From an uncultured Thiotrichales bacterium (GTDB lineage Bacteria; Pseudomonadota; Gammaproteobacteria; UBA4575): DNA of 64,000 nucleotides. Each line of letters starts with the position of its first letter. Position 1 is the stretch's first letter. The DNA lies in assembly GCA_964486815.1 (NCBI GenBank), contig CAZAOO010000007.1, positions 2,919 to 66,918 of the forward strand, read 5' to 3'. Position numbers and translations under genes: made by a program. Below the pieces are notes generated by a model. The model ran no database searches. It saw nothing but the letters and a program-made list of their open reading frames with translations, and was not told the DNA's origin. This document shows positions 1 to 11,661 of the stretch, piece after piece.

Positions 1-61
1 ACGCGTTATATAAATCTTGGTTAACCGAACTTTTCGCAACGATCCCTACAATGCCACACAT
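1..61 (-). CDS. purF: Amidophosphoribosyltransferase, 5' fragment running off the window edge
   Basis: Reverse complement of 1-61 reads MCGIVGIVAKSSVNQDLYNA, the Ntn glutamine amidotransferase N-terminus (catalytic Cys2); lies directly downstream of cvpA as in the conserved cvpA-purF operon. Confidence 0.9.
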   Translation of the reverse strand, partial: MCGIVGIVAKSSVNQDLYNA

Positions 62-78
62 TGTTAAGCCTTAATTGA

Positions 79-645
79 TTAGAGACGAAAGGCTGAAGCT
101 TGAAATGCCGCTTCATCCAATGAAAAATATTTTGAAAACTCAGGTGGCATAAATTCAATAACTTTTTTAGCTACCATTTCAAACGGTGGTAAAATTTGTG
201 ATGACTTCCAAGTTTCAGATAATGGAAAATTTGTATAGGAAGCTGCCAGTATAAGTAAAACGATAATTGCGGTGCCACGGAAAGCTCCAAAAAACACACC
301 TAGCATACGATCAACACCTCGCAGTGCACGATTCTGTGTCAGGTGACTAAGTATATAGTTGAGCAAAGCACCTGTGATTAATGTACCAATTACTATCAGC
401 ACAAATGCAATCCCAATACGTAGTTTACTCACTCCAACTTCACTTTGAGAAATACTAAATGTTGCCTCATCAATACTAGCAGGCAAGAATAACGCAACTT
501 GACTAGAAAACGTAATCGCAAGCCAGATAGCCGCAATCCAACTTGCGAGCGAAATAGCCTCTTTCACAAAACCACGAAAAATTGCAACCGCAGTAGACAC
601 CAGCAGGATAAAAACGATGCCTATATCAATCCATGAAAATTCCAT
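79..645 (-). CDS. cvpA: CvpA family (colicin V production) membrane protein
   Basis: WIDIGIVFILLVS..RGFVKEAISL and DRMLGVFFGAFRG motifs; dedD-cvpA-purF synteny. Confidence 0.93.
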   Translation of the reverse strand: MEFSWIDIGIVFILLVSTAVAIFRGFVKEAISLASWIAAIWLAITFSSQVALFLPASIDEATFSISQSEVGVSKLRIGIAFVLIVIGTLITGALLNYILSHLTQNRALRGVDRMLGVFFGAFRGTAIIVLLILAASYTNFPLSETWKSSQILPPFEMVAKKVIEFMPPEFSKYFSLDEAAFQASAFRL

Positions 646-710
646 ATTTACCGTAACAATATATTAACTAGTTTACTGAGCATTACTAAAAAATATAAAA
701 AAACTTGATA

Positions 711-1334
711 CTATGGATGCTTTGTAACAAAACTTCCCTTTAAACCGTGTTCTTTTTCAATTTTATCACGCAACTTATCTGCATTTTCTCGCTTTAACTC
801 TGGGCCTACCTTGACACGATATACAGACTTATCACCACTACCAGAACTCTCTGTAAAGGCTGATAAATTACTGGCTAACAACCTTTCTTGTAACGCTAGT
901 GCTTTACTTTTTTCACCAAATGCAGCCACTTGTATGGCCCATGCACTTAAAGCCGGGTTTGTTTCAATGTGATTTTCTGTAGCTTCTATAACCTTTGCTT
1001 GCACAACGGGTGCTGGTTCAGCTTCCTTATTAATTTCAACAGCCTTGTTTTCCACTGCAGGTTCATCTATAGCTGGCTCAAGTTTTTTATTTTCCTCGGC
1101 ATTAACTTCTGGTTCATCACTAGACTCGTTCATTCCCATTGGCGGTAACTCATCCAGCGCTTTGGGGTCAGGTAAGTTACTATCAAAGGTAAAAGTTGGC
1201 TCTGGTGGTACTTCCATATTCAGTGCCACAGACTCTTCCTGGCCTGAGCCATCCAATATCATCGGAACGAAAATCACTGCTAGTGCAATAATAACGGCTG
1301 CACCAATTAAACGTTGTTTTAAAGTTGTTTCCAT
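711..1334 (-). CDS. dedD: SPOR-domain cell division protein DedD
   Basis: LKQRLIGAAVIIALAVIFVPMILDG N-terminal anchor, Pro/Glu linker, C-terminal SPOR (WAIQVAAF..YRVKVGP); between folC and cvpA. Confidence 0.88.
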   Translation of the reverse strand: METTLKQRLIGAAVIIALAVIFVPMILDGSGQEESVALNMEVPPEPTFTFDSNLPDPKALDELPPMGMNESSDEPEVNAEENKKLEPAIDEPAVENKAVEINKEAEPAPVVQAKVIEATENHIETNPALSAWAIQVAAFGEKSKALALQERLLASNLSAFTESSGSGDKSVYRVKVGPELKRENADKLRDKIEKEHGLKGSFVTKHP

Positions 1335-1416
1335 AAAGATATTATTTGATTTAGAAGCCTTTTTGACCTCGCATCCTTCAATCAGTTTCTATACGAATTG
1401 ACACCAGAAAGATGAA

Positions 1417-2682
1417 TTATACTTCCAGGTTGAGCACTTCTGCCACTGTTAAAAATGATCCGAAAACCACTATCCGCATTGATTCGCTCGCAGTCTTCTT
1501 AGCAGCATTATAAGCCTCAGCAATTGAGTTGTGTGTGTATATAACACAATCATGACAATATTTATCAAGCTGCATTTTCAAGCTTTCCTTTTCTAAAGCT
1601 CGCTCAGACTCTAACTGAGATATATACCATTCATCAAACAAACCATCCAAAGCTTCGATAATCCCGCACACATCTTTATCTGCTAGCACTGAAAAAACCG
1701 CTTTGGTTTTCATTGCCGGATTCAATCTGCGTAGATTTTTTGCTAATACCTTTGCACTATCTACATTATGCGCGACATCCAAAATAATTTCACATGGCCC
1801 ATCAATACACTGAAAACGACCAAGAAGACTAATATTAGTCAAGCCACGTTCCACACTGACACGCGTTACGGGTAATTTTCGATCCATTTTATTTAAAGCC
1901 ATCAATGCTGTTGCAGCATTCCCGATCATGGTTTCACCATATAAATTTGGTATTGGCAAATTATCCCAGCTTAAGTTCTCGCTGCGAAACGACCATGTCT
2001 CATCATTATGCATTTCAAACGAATAGTCTTGATTGATAAAAAACAATTCTGTGCCAAGTTTTTTTGCATGCTCTATTAAGCTATTTGGTGGATCTGTATC
2101 ACCACATATTGCGTAATGATTTGCTCTGAATACACCTGCTTTTTCGAAAGCAATTAATTCTCTTGTTGCGCCTAACCACTGCACATGATCAATTCCAATA
2201 CTGGCGACAATAGCCACATCAGAATCGAGTATATTCACTGCATCCAAACGCCCACCTAAACCGACTTCATAGATGGCTATATCTAGCTCACAAACATTGA
2301 ATATCTGCATAGCGGCGAGCGTACCAAACTCAAAATAACTAAGACTTGTATCGCTGCGTGCTTCATCTACCTTGTTAAATGCATTACATAATGAATCATC
2401 ATCGATATTCTTATGATTAACTCTAATTCGTTCGTTGTAATGAAGTAAATGAGGCGATGTATAAGCACCCACTCGATACCCGGCATGATGATAGATAGAT
2501 TCTAGAACACTTACGATTGAACCTTTGCCATTTGTTCCTGCTACGACAATAGTTTTATATTTGGGTTTATTGACACCCATCTTAGTAGCAACTTCAGCAA
2601 TACGTTCAAGACCCAGCTCAATTTTTTGTGAGTGCAAAGTCTCTTGCCAGTCCAACCATTCTTGTAGCTGTTCGAATCTCAT
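1417..2682 (-). CDS. folC: Bifunctional folylpolyglutamate synthase/dihydrofolate synthase
   Basis: VAGTNGKGS P-loop, YTSPHL, EVGLGGRLDAVN, DVAHN, FGSF motifs. Confidence 0.97.
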   Translation of the reverse strand: MRFEQLQEWLDWQETLHSQKIELGLERIAEVATKMGVNKPKYKTIVVAGTNGKGSIVSVLESIYHHAGYRVGAYTSPHLLHYNERIRVNHKNIDDDSLCNAFNKVDEARSDTSLSYFEFGTLAAMQIFNVCELDIAIYEVGLGGRLDAVNILDSDVAIVASIGIDHVQWLGATRELIAFEKAGVFRANHYAICGDTDPPNSLIEHAKKLGTELFFINQDYSFEMHNDETWSFRSENLSWDNLPIPNLYGETMIGNAATALMALNKMDRKLPVTRVSVERGLTNISLLGRFQCIDGPCEIILDVAHNVDSAKVLAKNLRRLNPAMKTKAVFSVLADKDVCGIIEALDGLFDEWYISQLESERALEKESLKMQLDKYCHDCVIYTHNSIAEAYNAAKKTASESMRIVVFGSFLTVAEVLNLEV

Positions 2683-2782
2683 AACAAGGGATGAAATTAA
2701 TTTGAATTGTTAGCAGGAAGTAGTTCTTGTTAGCTTATAACTCTAAAGAATAACTATAATCTTTGTAGTTATCTCTAACTTC

Positions 2783-3637
2783 TTATTTTACATGCATTAG
2801 AATACTTAGAATCGAATGTAGCCTATCACGCATATCTTTTCGATCCACGATCATATCGAGTGCGCCATGCTCTAGCAAAAACTCGCTTCTTTGAAATCCT
2901 TCAGGCAACGTCTCACGAACCGTCTGCTCAATCACCCTTTGGCCTGCAAAACCAATCAAGGCATTTGGTTCTGCAATATTAAGATCACCCAGCATGGCAA
3001 AGCTTGCAGATACACCACCAGTGGTGGGGTCTGTCAGCACAGAGATGAAAGGTATTCCCTGTTTGCGCATCCGTTCCAAGGCGGCACTTGTTTTGCTCAT
3101 TTGAAATAACGACATCAAGGCTTCTTGCATGCGCGCGCCTCCACTCGTGGAGAAACACACCATGGGAACATTTTCGCTAAGCGCATATTTTGCTGCTCGC
3201 AAGAATTTCTCACCCACAACCGAGCCCATTGAACCACCAATAAATTTAAACTCAAAGGCAACTGCAATAATCGGCAGATCTTTAAGATTACCTTTCATTA
3301 CAATTAATGCATCTTTTTCACCGGTAGCTTTTTGAGCCGCGATGATGCGATCTTTATACTTTTTACTATCTTTAAACTTTAAGAAATCGATAGATTCTAT
3401 GTCTGCCGCCAATTCTTCTTGGCTATCAGTATCAAGGAATGCTAGCAAACGCTCACGCGCACCAATTCTCATATGGTGACTGCATTTCGGACATACTTGT
3501 AAATTTCGCTCTAAATCGGAACGATATAAAACTGCACTACAGCTTGGACATTTATCCCAAAGTCCTTCCGGAACTTTTCGCTTACTCGTACCCTCGGTAC
3601 GAATGCGTGAAGGCATTAATTTTTCCAACCAACTCAT
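2783..3637 (-). CDS. accD: Acetyl-CoA carboxylase carboxyltransferase beta subunit
   Basis: CPSC..CPKC zinc finger, [27 protein letters not shown]. Confidence 0.98.
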   Translation of the reverse strand: MSWLEKLMPSRIRTEGTSKRKVPEGLWDKCPSCSAVLYRSDLERNLQVCPKCSHHMRIGARERLLAFLDTDSQEELAADIESIDFLKFKDSKKYKDRIIAAQKATGEKDALIVMKGNLKDLPIIAVAFEFKFIGGSMGSVVGEKFLRAAKYALSENVPMVCFSTSGGARMQEALMSLFQMSKTSAALERMRKQGIPFISVLTDPTTGGVSASFAMLGDLNIAEPNALIGFAGQRVIEQTVRETLPEGFQRSEFLLEHGALDMIVDRKDMRDRLHSILSILMHVK

Positions 3638-3668
3638 AGCAGATTACTCATTTAAGGGTTCCCGTATT

Positions 3669-4508
3669 TCAAGCAACTTCTTTATTTCCATGTTGATCAG
3701 TAACCATACTATCCATAGCTAAACGTATTCCAGACAATAATGTTTTTATATTACTCAACATTGTAGCCTGATTGGATGCATGCGCCTCAATTTCATTAAT
3801 AATAGCACTGCCCACCACTACGGCATCAGCTATAGAAGCAACTTTACTTGCACTTTGCCGATCTTTAATACCAAAACCCACTCCTATCGGCAATGCAGTT
3901 GATTTTCTAATCTCTGCAATCTTTATTGCAACTTCAGCAGTATCTAGATTACCTGCACCCGTAACACCTTTTAGTGAAACGTAATATACAAAACCAGATG
4001 AGTGATCACAGATATGTTTAATGCGCTCTGAACTTGTTGTTGGTGCAATAAGGAAAATATTATCAAGCTGGTGTTTTTTGTATTCACTAACAGCACTTTT
4101 AGCCTGCTCTATTGGCATGTCTACAGTTAAAATGCCATCAACTTGTTTTGCCTGCGCCGTCTGCGCAAACTTTTTTACACCCATAACTTCTATAGGGTTC
4201 TGATAACCCATTAACACGACCGGAGTTCGTGAATCTTGTTTGCGAAATTCTTCTACCATATTAAGCACTTGCAGCAAACTGGTTCCATGCGCTAGGGCAC
4301 GTTCGCAAGCGGCTTGAATCACGGGTCCATCGGCCATTGGATCAGAAAATGGAACTCCAAGCTCAATAATATCTGAGCCCGCTTCAACTAATGTGTGCAT
4401 GATTTGCACGGTGAGATCAGGATGCGGATCGCCAGCCGTAACATAGGCAATTAATGCTTTTCGTCCATCTTTTGCTAAATTCTCAAAGGTTGCTTTTAAA
4501 CGACTCAT
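3669..4508 (-). CDS. trpA: Tryptophan synthase alpha chain
   Basis: [32 protein letters not shown]; 4-bp overlap with trpB stop. Confidence 0.98.
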   Translation of the reverse strand: MSRLKATFENLAKDGRKALIAYVTAGDPHPDLTVQIMHTLVEAGSDIIELGVPFSDPMADGPVIQAACERALAHGTSLLQVLNMVEEFRKQDSRTPVVLMGYQNPIEVMGVKKFAQTAQAKQVDGILTVDMPIEQAKSAVSEYKKHQLDNIFLIAPTTSSERIKHICDHSSGFVYYVSLKGVTGAGNLDTAEVAIKIAEIRKSTALPIGVGFGIKDRQSASKVASIADAVVVGSAIINEIEAHASNQATMLSNIKTLLSGIRLAMDSMVTDQHGNKEVA

Positions 4509-5749
4509 ATTGTTATGCCTTCAATTTCAGCAACGGTATTAATATCTTTGTCGCCACGGCCGGATAAATTTACGACAATTTTTTTATCACGATTCATGGT
4601 AGTTGCCAGTTTTGTTGCATATGCAATGGCGTGACTACTTTCCAAAGCCGGAATAATTCCTTCAATCCGTGTTAATTCATGAAACGCAGCGAGCGCTTCA
4701 TCATCAGTGACAGACTCATATTGAACTCTACCACTATCTTTTAACCAAGCATGCTCTGGGCCAACCCCTGGGTAATCTAATCCTGCTGAGATTGAATGCG
4801 TTTCTATTATTTGTCCGTTATCATCTTCCATTAAGTAGGTTCGATTTCCATGTAACACACCTGGACGACCTGCATTTAATGGTGCTGAATGTTTATCTGT
4901 ATTCAATCCAAGTCCTGCAGCTTCAACACCGAACATTGTTACGCTTTTGTCTTGAATAAAGTCATGAAACAAACCAATTGCATTTGAACCGCCCCCCACA
5001 CAAGCTACTAATGCATCTGGCAAACCTCCGGTTTGCTGATACATTTGCGCTTTGGCTTCTCTGCCAATAATGGCTTGAAAGTCTCTTACCAATAAAGGAT
5101 AGGGATGAGGACCAGCAACCGTACCAATAATATAAAACGTATTATCAACATTGGTGACCCAATCTCGTAATGCCTCATTTAATGCGTCTTTTAATGTTCT
5201 TGATCCTGAAGTGACCGGTACAACTTTTGCACCCAGCAACTTCATACGATAAACATTTGGCGCTTGCCGATGGATATCTTGTTCACCCATATACACTACG
5301 CATTCAAGACCAAGTCGCGCAGCCACCGTGGCACTTGCAACACCATGTTGACCGGCACCGGTTTCGGCAATAATACGTGGCTTACCCATACGTTTGGCCA
5401 ATAATGCCTGGCCAATAGTATTGTTTATTTTGTGCGCACCTGTGTGGTTTAAATCTTCACGCTTTAGATAAATCTGTGCACCTGCATATTTTTCACTTAA
5501 GCGTTGCGCGTGATAGAGCGGACTTGGTCTGCCCACATAATGAGCCAGATCAGCATCAAACTCGGCTATAAATTCGGGATCATTCTTATAATGAAAATAG
5601 GCTGCTTCCAACTCAGCCAAGGGCTCAATTAATGTTTCAGCAACATAACGACCACCATACTCACCGAACATACCGTTCGCATCCGGCATGGCATCTGAAT
5701 ATTGGTTATCTGTTTTTATAGGGCCTACTTCTTCTGCAATCCTAGTCAC
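4505..5749 (-). CDS. trpB: Tryptophan synthase beta chain (start placed at GTG 5749, overlapping the trpF stop; ORF track extends to 5818)
   Basis: [19 protein letters not shown] lysine motif, [25 protein letters not shown]; AAGGA upstream of GTG 5749. Confidence 0.97.
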   Translation of the reverse strand: MTRIAEEVGPIKTDNQYSDAMPDANGMFGEYGGRYVAETLIEPLAELEAAYFHYKNDPEFIAEFDADLAHYVGRPSPLYHAQRLSEKYAGAQIYLKREDLNHTGAHKINNTIGQALLAKRMGKPRIIAETGAGQHGVASATVAARLGLECVVYMGEQDIHRQAPNVYRMKLLGAKVVPVTSGSRTLKDALNEALRDWVTNVDNTFYIIGTVAGPHPYPLLVRDFQAIIGREAKAQMYQQTGGLPDALVACVGGGSNAIGLFHDFIQDKSVTMFGVEAAGLGLNTDKHSAPLNAGRPGVLHGNRTYLMEDDNGQIIETHSISAGLDYPGVGPEHAWLKDSGRVQYESVTDDEALAAFHELTRIEGIIPALESSHAIAYATKLATTMNRDKKIVVNLSGRGDKDINTVAEIEGITI

Positions 5750-6359
5750 GATTAACTTCCTTAATGAATTGCTCCATTTTAACGGGGTCTTTGATACCTT
5801 TACCAGCCTCAATACCACTACTTACATCAACCGCATAGGGTCGTACAACACGCACTGCCTCGGCAACGTTCGACACGGTTAGCCCGCCCGCCAGAACAAT
5901 AGGTTTTTTGAGGTTTTTTGGCAGTTCATTCCAAACAAACCTCTTGCCACTACCCCCCATTTGACCTTTGGCATGACTATCTAAAATAAAGCCTGTAGCT
6001 GATGCGTAATGCTCACAAAACTCTTCAAGCGATTCCGTACTGGCCATAGGCACTGCCTTTATATATGGCATATTAAATTGTTTGCAGAACATCTCATCCT
6101 CATCGCCATGAAATTGCAGTAAATTTGGCTTTACGTATTTGATTATATTTTCTACATCGGCTACACGAGAATTCATAAATAAGCCGACTTTGATAACGAA
6201 TGGCGGAACTTCACGGATCAAATCCACTGCAGTATCTATATCAATATTACGCACACTTTTATCAACAAACACAAACCCCAACGCATCCACACCCAGTTTA
6301 ACTGCATGTTGCACATCTTGTTTTCTTGTCAAGCCACAAAATTTAATCCGAGTTTGCAT
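5742..6359 (-). CDS. trpF: Phosphoribosylanthranilate isomerase (start at MQTRIKFCG)
   Basis: [28 protein letters not shown]. Confidence 0.96.
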   Translation of the reverse strand: MQTRIKFCGLTRKQDVQHAVKLGVDALGFVFVDKSVRNIDIDTAVDLIREVPPFVIKVGLFMNSRVADVENIIKYVKPNLLQFHGDEDEMFCKQFNMPYIKAVPMASTESLEEFCEHYASATGFILDSHAKGQMGGSGKRFVWNELPKNLKKPIVLAGGLTVSNVAEAVRVVRPYAVDVSSGIEAGKGIKDPVKMEQFIKEVNRD

Positions 6360-6373
6360 TGTATATTTTATTT

Positions 6374-7162
6374 TTAAAAAGCATTTGCTATAGCAGGCCA
6401 CCTAATCGCCTCATCTAAACCGTAGCATTCATCATACGTCACTTTAACTAAATATAACCCGGCTGCGGGAGCCGTGATGCCACCACAGGTACGGTCACAT
6501 TTCTCTAGCACCTCTAAAGACCAATCTTGCGGCCTTTCACCCCTGCCGATAGTCATTAATACTCCCATAATATTTCTAACCATATGATGCAAAAAAGCGT
6601 TTGCATGAATATCCATGAGAATAAATTCATTATGCTTTCTAAGCGTTATCTCATGCACAGTGCGTACTGGATTATTGGCCTGGCAAGCCACCGCACGGTA
6701 AGAACTAAAATCATTCATGCCTAGCAAATGTTTTGCTGCATGCTGCATTTTATGCAGATCTAATTCACCATATTCCCAAGTCACAAGTTTATCCAATAAC
6801 GCAGGTCGAGCCTCACTGTTGTATATAATGTAACAATAACGTCTAGATTGTGCGCTATACCTTGCATGAAACTCGTCTGTAACATGCTTAGCCCACATTA
6901 CAGAGACCGAATTAGGCAAATATCTATTTACTCCCCGCACCCAGGCTTTTAGCCCACGCACATTTTCACAATTAAAATGGACAACTTGCTCTGTAGCATG
7001 CACACCGGTATCCGTTCTGCCTGCTGCAATAAGTTTTATTGGTGAATTTGCAACTTTTGAAATGGCTTCCTCTAGGTATTGTTGCACAGAATCTGCATTT
7101 AACTGACGTTGCCAACCATAGAATTGACTACCATTGTATTCAACCCCTAGAGCTAAACGCAT
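6374..7162 (-). CDS. truA: tRNA pseudouridine(38-40) synthase
   Basis: AGRTDTGVHA catalytic motif, FHARYSA, NAFLHHMVRNI. Confidence 0.97.
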   Translation of the reverse strand: MRLALGVEYNGSQFYGWQRQLNADSVQQYLEEAISKVANSPIKLIAAGRTDTGVHATEQVVHFNCENVRGLKAWVRGVNRYLPNSVSVMWAKHVTDEFHARYSAQSRRYCYIIYNSEARPALLDKLVTWEYGELDLHKMQHAAKHLLGMNDFSSYRAVACQANNPVRTVHEITLRKHNEFILMDIHANAFLHHMVRNIMGVLMTIGRGERPQDWSLEVLEKCDRTCGGITAPAAGLYLVKVTYDECYGLDEAIRWPAIANAF

Positions 7163-7298
7163 TTCTTTATATTTAAGGATTTGTAGACTGAGTAGCTACA
7201 AATATATAAATAGAATAATCAGACAAACAAGATATGCAGGAAGTTATTATTTATTACAAGAGAATACAATTAATAACTTCCAACAACCAGCTGTAATA

Positions 7299-10200
7299 CT
7301 AGCTTCCAAGTTTATCCATCAGATCTTTAGCAGCTCTTATTTGTGATTCATCACCTTCGTTAATTACTTCAAGCAATGTTTCTCTAGCCGCATCAGAGTC
7401 GCCCATATCTACAAACGCTTTAGCTAAATCAAGTTTAGTTCCCACTTCTTCGATTAGAGAAGGTGGCCCCAATTCTTGTAGATCGGTATGCGTTTGCGCA
7501 ACAGTCTGTTCAGCAGGATCAAGGAATTCTGTATCCATATTGCCGACATCAAATTGCTCAGTATCATCACCACCAAAGGCACCCTCTAGCGAGCTGGGCG
7601 TATATGCCGCAGTTTCCTCCGCGTCAGCGGGTGTAAGTTCTGTATCTATATCAAAATCATTTGATTGCATAGCAACCGTATCATCTAAAGATGCTGCCAG
7701 ACCCTCGACATCCTCCAGAGCATCCTCATCAAGATCTAAAGGCTTCAAGTCATTCATTGTGGTTTGCATGCCAATCTGTTCTAGTTCTTGAGTAAGATCA
7801 TCCATACTTGCAGTTTCATGTAATCCAGTAGCCATTGCATCCATAACAGTATCTGCATCGGCCTCCACATCCTCGTCATCTTCAAGAAGGTCGTCGGACA
7901 AATCATCTACTTCAAAATTTAAGATATCTGAAGTTTCATTGGCTTCCATTATTTTACTAGCGACAGGGTCATCCTCTAGCTCATCTTCAGCCATAGGGTC
8001 ATCGATATTAAAATCTAAACCATCATCATCGTCAGCACTGGTGTCATTATCAAGGAAGGTATCTTCTAAATTTGCATCAGACAAAGGATTATCAATTACA
8101 GTTTGTAGACCAATATCTACATCAGCCTCATAGGGCTTATCAAATACCGCTTTGGCAGCAACACCGAGTGCAGCAGCACCCGCAAATAACGCATTACTTG
8201 GCGCTAACTCTTTACCCATGGCAAGAATATTTTGCCATTGGCTACTCTTCTCACCTACTTCAGCTTTAATTTTTTCAGCATATTGCTCAAAACTCTGTGC
8301 ATCTTTTTGACTGTAATAAACTTCAGCCAACTTGGTTTTGTAATCATTATTATTCGGTTCTTTTGCAATCGCATCGGTTAACAAGTCTTGCGCCTGTTGA
8401 TGCAAGCCATAGGAAATATATACATCGGCTTCATCTAAAACATCTTCACCTAGCACAGCATCACTACCAGCATCGGAAGTGGTTGGTGTAAATTTCATAT
8501 CCTCGTCATCTAAGCCAAGGTCTTGCATGGTGCCGACATCATCTCTGACTTCAGCCACATTATTTTTTTGTGGCGTAACGATGGTTTCATCAAGAATGTC
8601 ATCAAAATGATCATTGTCATCACCAAGCTCCAGTGGCATTTCACCAAGCCCTGTAAGCTCTACTGTTTTCACACTTTTCTTACGCCAGAACCATAAACCA
8701 CCTAACAATAATAAAGCTCCACCAACCAATGGTAATAAAACATTTTTAAAGCGCTCAAGCAAAGAAGTAGCAAAGCCCATTATTCCTGATGTTGCTTCTG
8801 GTGCATTGGGTGCTTCAACTTGCTTAACTTCAGCTGGTTTTTGAACGGGTTTTACGTCTTCCGGTTTTACTTCGGCGGGCTTTTCAGCAACAACTTCTTC
8901 TTTAACAGCTTCGATCTCCGGCAATGAATCCCAATCAGGAAGTGACTCTAACTTTGGCTTCACAATAGACCGCTCTGCCACTACGGGTTCAGAAAATTCA
9001 GGCAACGGCTCTACTACAGGTTTCTTAACTTCTTCAATAGTTGGTTCAACAGCTGGTTTTTCTATTGGCTTAGCTTCAGGTTTAGTTTCTGGTTTAGTTT
9101 CGGGCTTAAGCTCAGATTTAGTCTCTACTTGAACTGCCTTTTCTTTCAGCATCTTTTCTGCCGTTGCAGCTTTATCCGCTTCAGTACTCAACTGTTGTTG
9201 TAAATCTTTTAACTGTTGATTTTGGATGTTAAGAATTTTCTCTTTCTTCTCCAACATCGACTCAAGCGCCTCAACCCGGCTCTTGAGTTCTTCAGCTTCT
9301 TTGCCTTTTGACTCAGCAAGTTCTTTAGTTAAAGTTATTTCGTTTTGTAGCTTCTTAACTTCTTCCCCACCCGCCACTTGCATATTGTTTTCTGACGGCT
9401 TGCCATCTTCAGCTGCAAGAATATTCAGATCTTGCTTAGCCGTTTCGGTTTTTTTAGGGGTTTCTTTAAGTGCTTGCTTAGCTTCATTTGCTACGTCATT
9501 CTTTTCTTTTACCAATTCAGGGGCGTCAACATTGGTTGCCGCAACTTGTGAAGCATTACCTCTATACTCTCTCCACAACGCATTTTGTTGGGAGATGATT
9601 TTACGTGCTTCTGCTGATGATGCAGATTGCGCTTCTCCTGCATCTGGCATTCGAAGCACTGCACCTTTCTTGAGTAAGTTGACATTATTACGCGCAAAAG
9701 CTTTCGGATTTGCTTGCTGTATTGCAACCATCATCTGGTTTATTGAGACAGAGCTTGACGGCCTGGAATTTTTAGCAATTTTATATAATGTGTCTCCACC
9801 TACTACTACGTGCTCACCTGCCACTGATGCTTGCGTATACACTTCTGACTTAGCAACCACTGTATCAGCGCTGGTAATTGGTTCGCTAGAATCTATTCCT
9901 AATTCACGATCCATTTTTTCACGAATCGATTCAACATCAGCCGCAGGTTCTGCAATTACTTCTTTGGGTGTTGCGGCTTGCGGCACTGCAACAGGTTCTG
10001 CTGTAACAACCTGCTCTTGCATTGCAGGAGTTGTCACTGGTGTTGCAATTTGCGGTGCTTGTTGCTGTGCAAATTCAGGTGGATCAAGTAAAATAGTATA
10101 TTCTCTTAACAACCGACCTTTGGGCCAGGTCACTTCAACCAAGAAAGTTAAAAAAGGTTCACGCACGGGATCTTTTGATGTAATTCGTATTGCAGTCCCA

Positions 10201-10472
10201 CCGCCAGGCAAAGATATCGGCGTAAATTTAAGCTGGGTTAAAAAGTAAGGGCGCGGTACACCTACGCGATCAAAAACATTTGCAGGTGCCAACTCTACCC
10301 GCATCTCTTCCAGTTCATCTGCACGCGCAGATATTAAATTAATTTGAGCGTTCAACGGCTGATTTAGCGCTGAATCAACTTCAATTTCACCTAAGCCAAG
10401 AGATAGCAGTTGTCCTGGCAAAAACATTAGAAGAGAAATTAGAAGTATATGTAGAGATGATTTACGCACCAT
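7299..10472 (-). CDS. fimV: FimV/HubP family polar landmark protein
   Basis: Signal peptide, LGLGEIEVDSALNQPL and REYTILLDPP N-domain, LysM (GDTLYKIA..NPKAF), coiled coil, one TM helix, EADVYISYG TPR, acidic region, C-terminal TKLDLAKAFVDMGD; asd-fimV-truA synteny. Confidence 0.93.
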   Translation of the reverse strand: MVRKSSLHILLISLLMFLPGQLLSLGLGEIEVDSALNQPLNAQINLISARADELEEMRVELAPANVFDRVGVPRPYFLTQLKFTPISLPGGGTAIRITSKDPVREPFLTFLVEVTWPKGRLLREYTILLDPPEFAQQQAPQIATPVTTPAMQEQVVTAEPVAVPQAATPKEVIAEPAADVESIREKMDRELGIDSSEPITSADTVVAKSEVYTQASVAGEHVVVGGDTLYKIAKNSRPSSSVSINQMMVAIQQANPKAFARNNVNLLKKGAVLRMPDAGEAQSASSAEARKIISQQNALWREYRGNASQVAATNVDAPELVKEKNDVANEAKQALKETPKKTETAKQDLNILAAEDGKPSENNMQVAGGEEVKKLQNEITLTKELAESKGKEAEELKSRVEALESMLEKKEKILNIQNQQLKDLQQQLSTEADKAATAEKMLKEKAVQVETKSELKPETKPETKPEAKPIEKPAVEPTIEEVKKPVVEPLPEFSEPVVAERSIVKPKLESLPDWDSLPEIEAVKEEVVAEKPAEVKPEDVKPVQKPAEVKQVEAPNAPEATSGIMGFATSLLERFKNVLLPLVGGALLLLGGLWFWRKKSVKTVELTGLGEMPLELGDDNDHFDDILDETIVTPQKNNVAEVRDDVGTMQDLGLDDEDMKFTPTTSDAGSDAVLGEDVLDEADVYISYGLHQQAQDLLTDAIAKEPNNNDYKTKLAEVYYSQKDAQSFEQYAEKIKAEVGEKSSQWQNILAMGKELAPSNALFAGAAALGVAAKAVFDKPYEADVDIGLQTVIDNPLSDANLEDTFLDNDTSADDDDGLDFNIDDPMAEDELEDDPVASKIMEANETSDILNFEVDDLSDDLLEDDEDVEADADTVMDAMATGLHETASMDDLTQELEQIGMQTTMNDLKPLDLDEDALEDVEGLAASLDDTVAMQSNDFDIDTELTPADAEETAAYTPSSLEGAFGGDDTEQFDVGNMDTEFLDPAEQTVAQTHTDLQELGPPSLIEEVGTKLDLAKAFVDMGDSDAARETLLEVINEGDESQIRAAKDLMDKLGS

Positions 10473-10595
10473 TGTTGTGCTCCACCTTGATTGCGTTGTG
10501 TGCTTGAAAGATTGTTCGTTTTTTATTCATTAATGAAACTAAAAACTCTAAGAATATCTTTGAGTTATCGAATTAATTCACGGGGCAACTATAGA

Positions 10596-11615
10596 TTAAA
10601 TATGGTTATTTATCAAAGCTTCAGCGATCTGAATGCTATTGAGTGCAGCGCCTTTTCTGAGGTTATCGCTGACTATCCACATATTAAGACCCCTAGGATG
10701 TGAGATATCTTCTCTAATACGCCCAACGTATACAGGATCGGTGCCCTCAGCCTCGGTAACTGCGGTCGGATATCCACCATCTTGATGCTCATCCACTACA
10801 ACAACTCCGGGGGCTGCGGTTAATAAATCGCGCGCTTTTTGAGCAGATAGCTTCTCTTTTAGCTCTATATGCACTGCTTCCGAATGCCCATATTTAACCG
10901 GAATTCTCACGGTAGTTGGATTCACCAAAATAGAATCATCTTCCATGATCTTCTGGGTTTCCCAGACCATTTTCATTTCTTCTTTGGTGTAACCGTTTTC
11001 CATGAACTTATCTATATGTGGCAAGGCATTGAAGGCAATCTGTTTCGGATAAACGTCGCAATTAATCGGTTTACCATTAAGAATAGCTCGACTCTGTTGA
11101 TCCAACTCCTCTATCGCCTCAGTACCGGTTCCAGAAACGGCTTGATACGTGGCAACATTGATACGCTCAATACCTGCTGCATCATGCAATGGCTTAAGTG
11201 CGACCAGCATTTGTATAGTAGAACAATTCGGATTGGCAATGATGCCGCGAGACTTATAGTTACCAATTTGATGTGCATTGACCTCGGGAATTACCAAAGG
11301 AATATCATCGTCATAGCGAAATTGCGAAGTATTATCAATTACAACGCAGCCTTGTGCTGCTGCTTTAGGTGCATATTCTTTTGAGATGCTTGCACCCGGT
11401 GAAAACAAACCAATTTGAGTTGTAGAGAAATCAAACTTAGCCAAATCCTGCACTTCTAATACAGAATCTCCAAAATTAACTTTTTTACCAACTGAGCGTG
11501 AACTTGCTAATGCATAAACGTTATTAACAGGAAATTTTCTCTGTGCAAGTATCGCAAGCATCTGCTCACCCACCGCACCGGTAGCACCCACCACCACTAC
11601 ATCGTATTTTTTCAT
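10596..11615 (-). CDS. asd: Aspartate-semialdehyde dehydrogenase
   Basis: VGATGAVG, IIANPNCSTIQ, YQAVSGTG, DNLRKGAALN. Confidence 0.97.
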   Translation of the reverse strand: MKKYDVVVVGATGAVGEQMLAILAQRKFPVNNVYALASSRSVGKKVNFGDSVLEVQDLAKFDFSTTQIGLFSPGASISKEYAPKAAAQGCVVIDNTSQFRYDDDIPLVIPEVNAHQIGNYKSRGIIANPNCSTIQMLVALKPLHDAAGIERINVATYQAVSGTGTEAIEELDQQSRAILNGKPINCDVYPKQIAFNALPHIDKFMENGYTKEEMKMVWETQKIMEDDSILVNPTTVRIPVKYGHSEAVHIELKEKLSAQKARDLLTAAPGVVVVDEHQDGGYPTAVTEAEGTDPVYVGRIREDISHPRGLNMWIVSDNLRKGAALNSIQIAEALINNHI

Positions 11616-11661
11616 CTTTGTTAGTTTTTACTCGTGATTAATCTAATAGTCTAATGGCAAC

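Noticed and set aside
9068-9115. 12-bp repeats in fimV encoding KPET/KPEA
   Set aside because: Ordinary low-complexity periplasmic linker, not an array
9226-10248. 340-aa plus-strand ORF
   Set aside because: Antisense shadow of fimV; Ser/Ala/Phe-rich with no recognisable motifs
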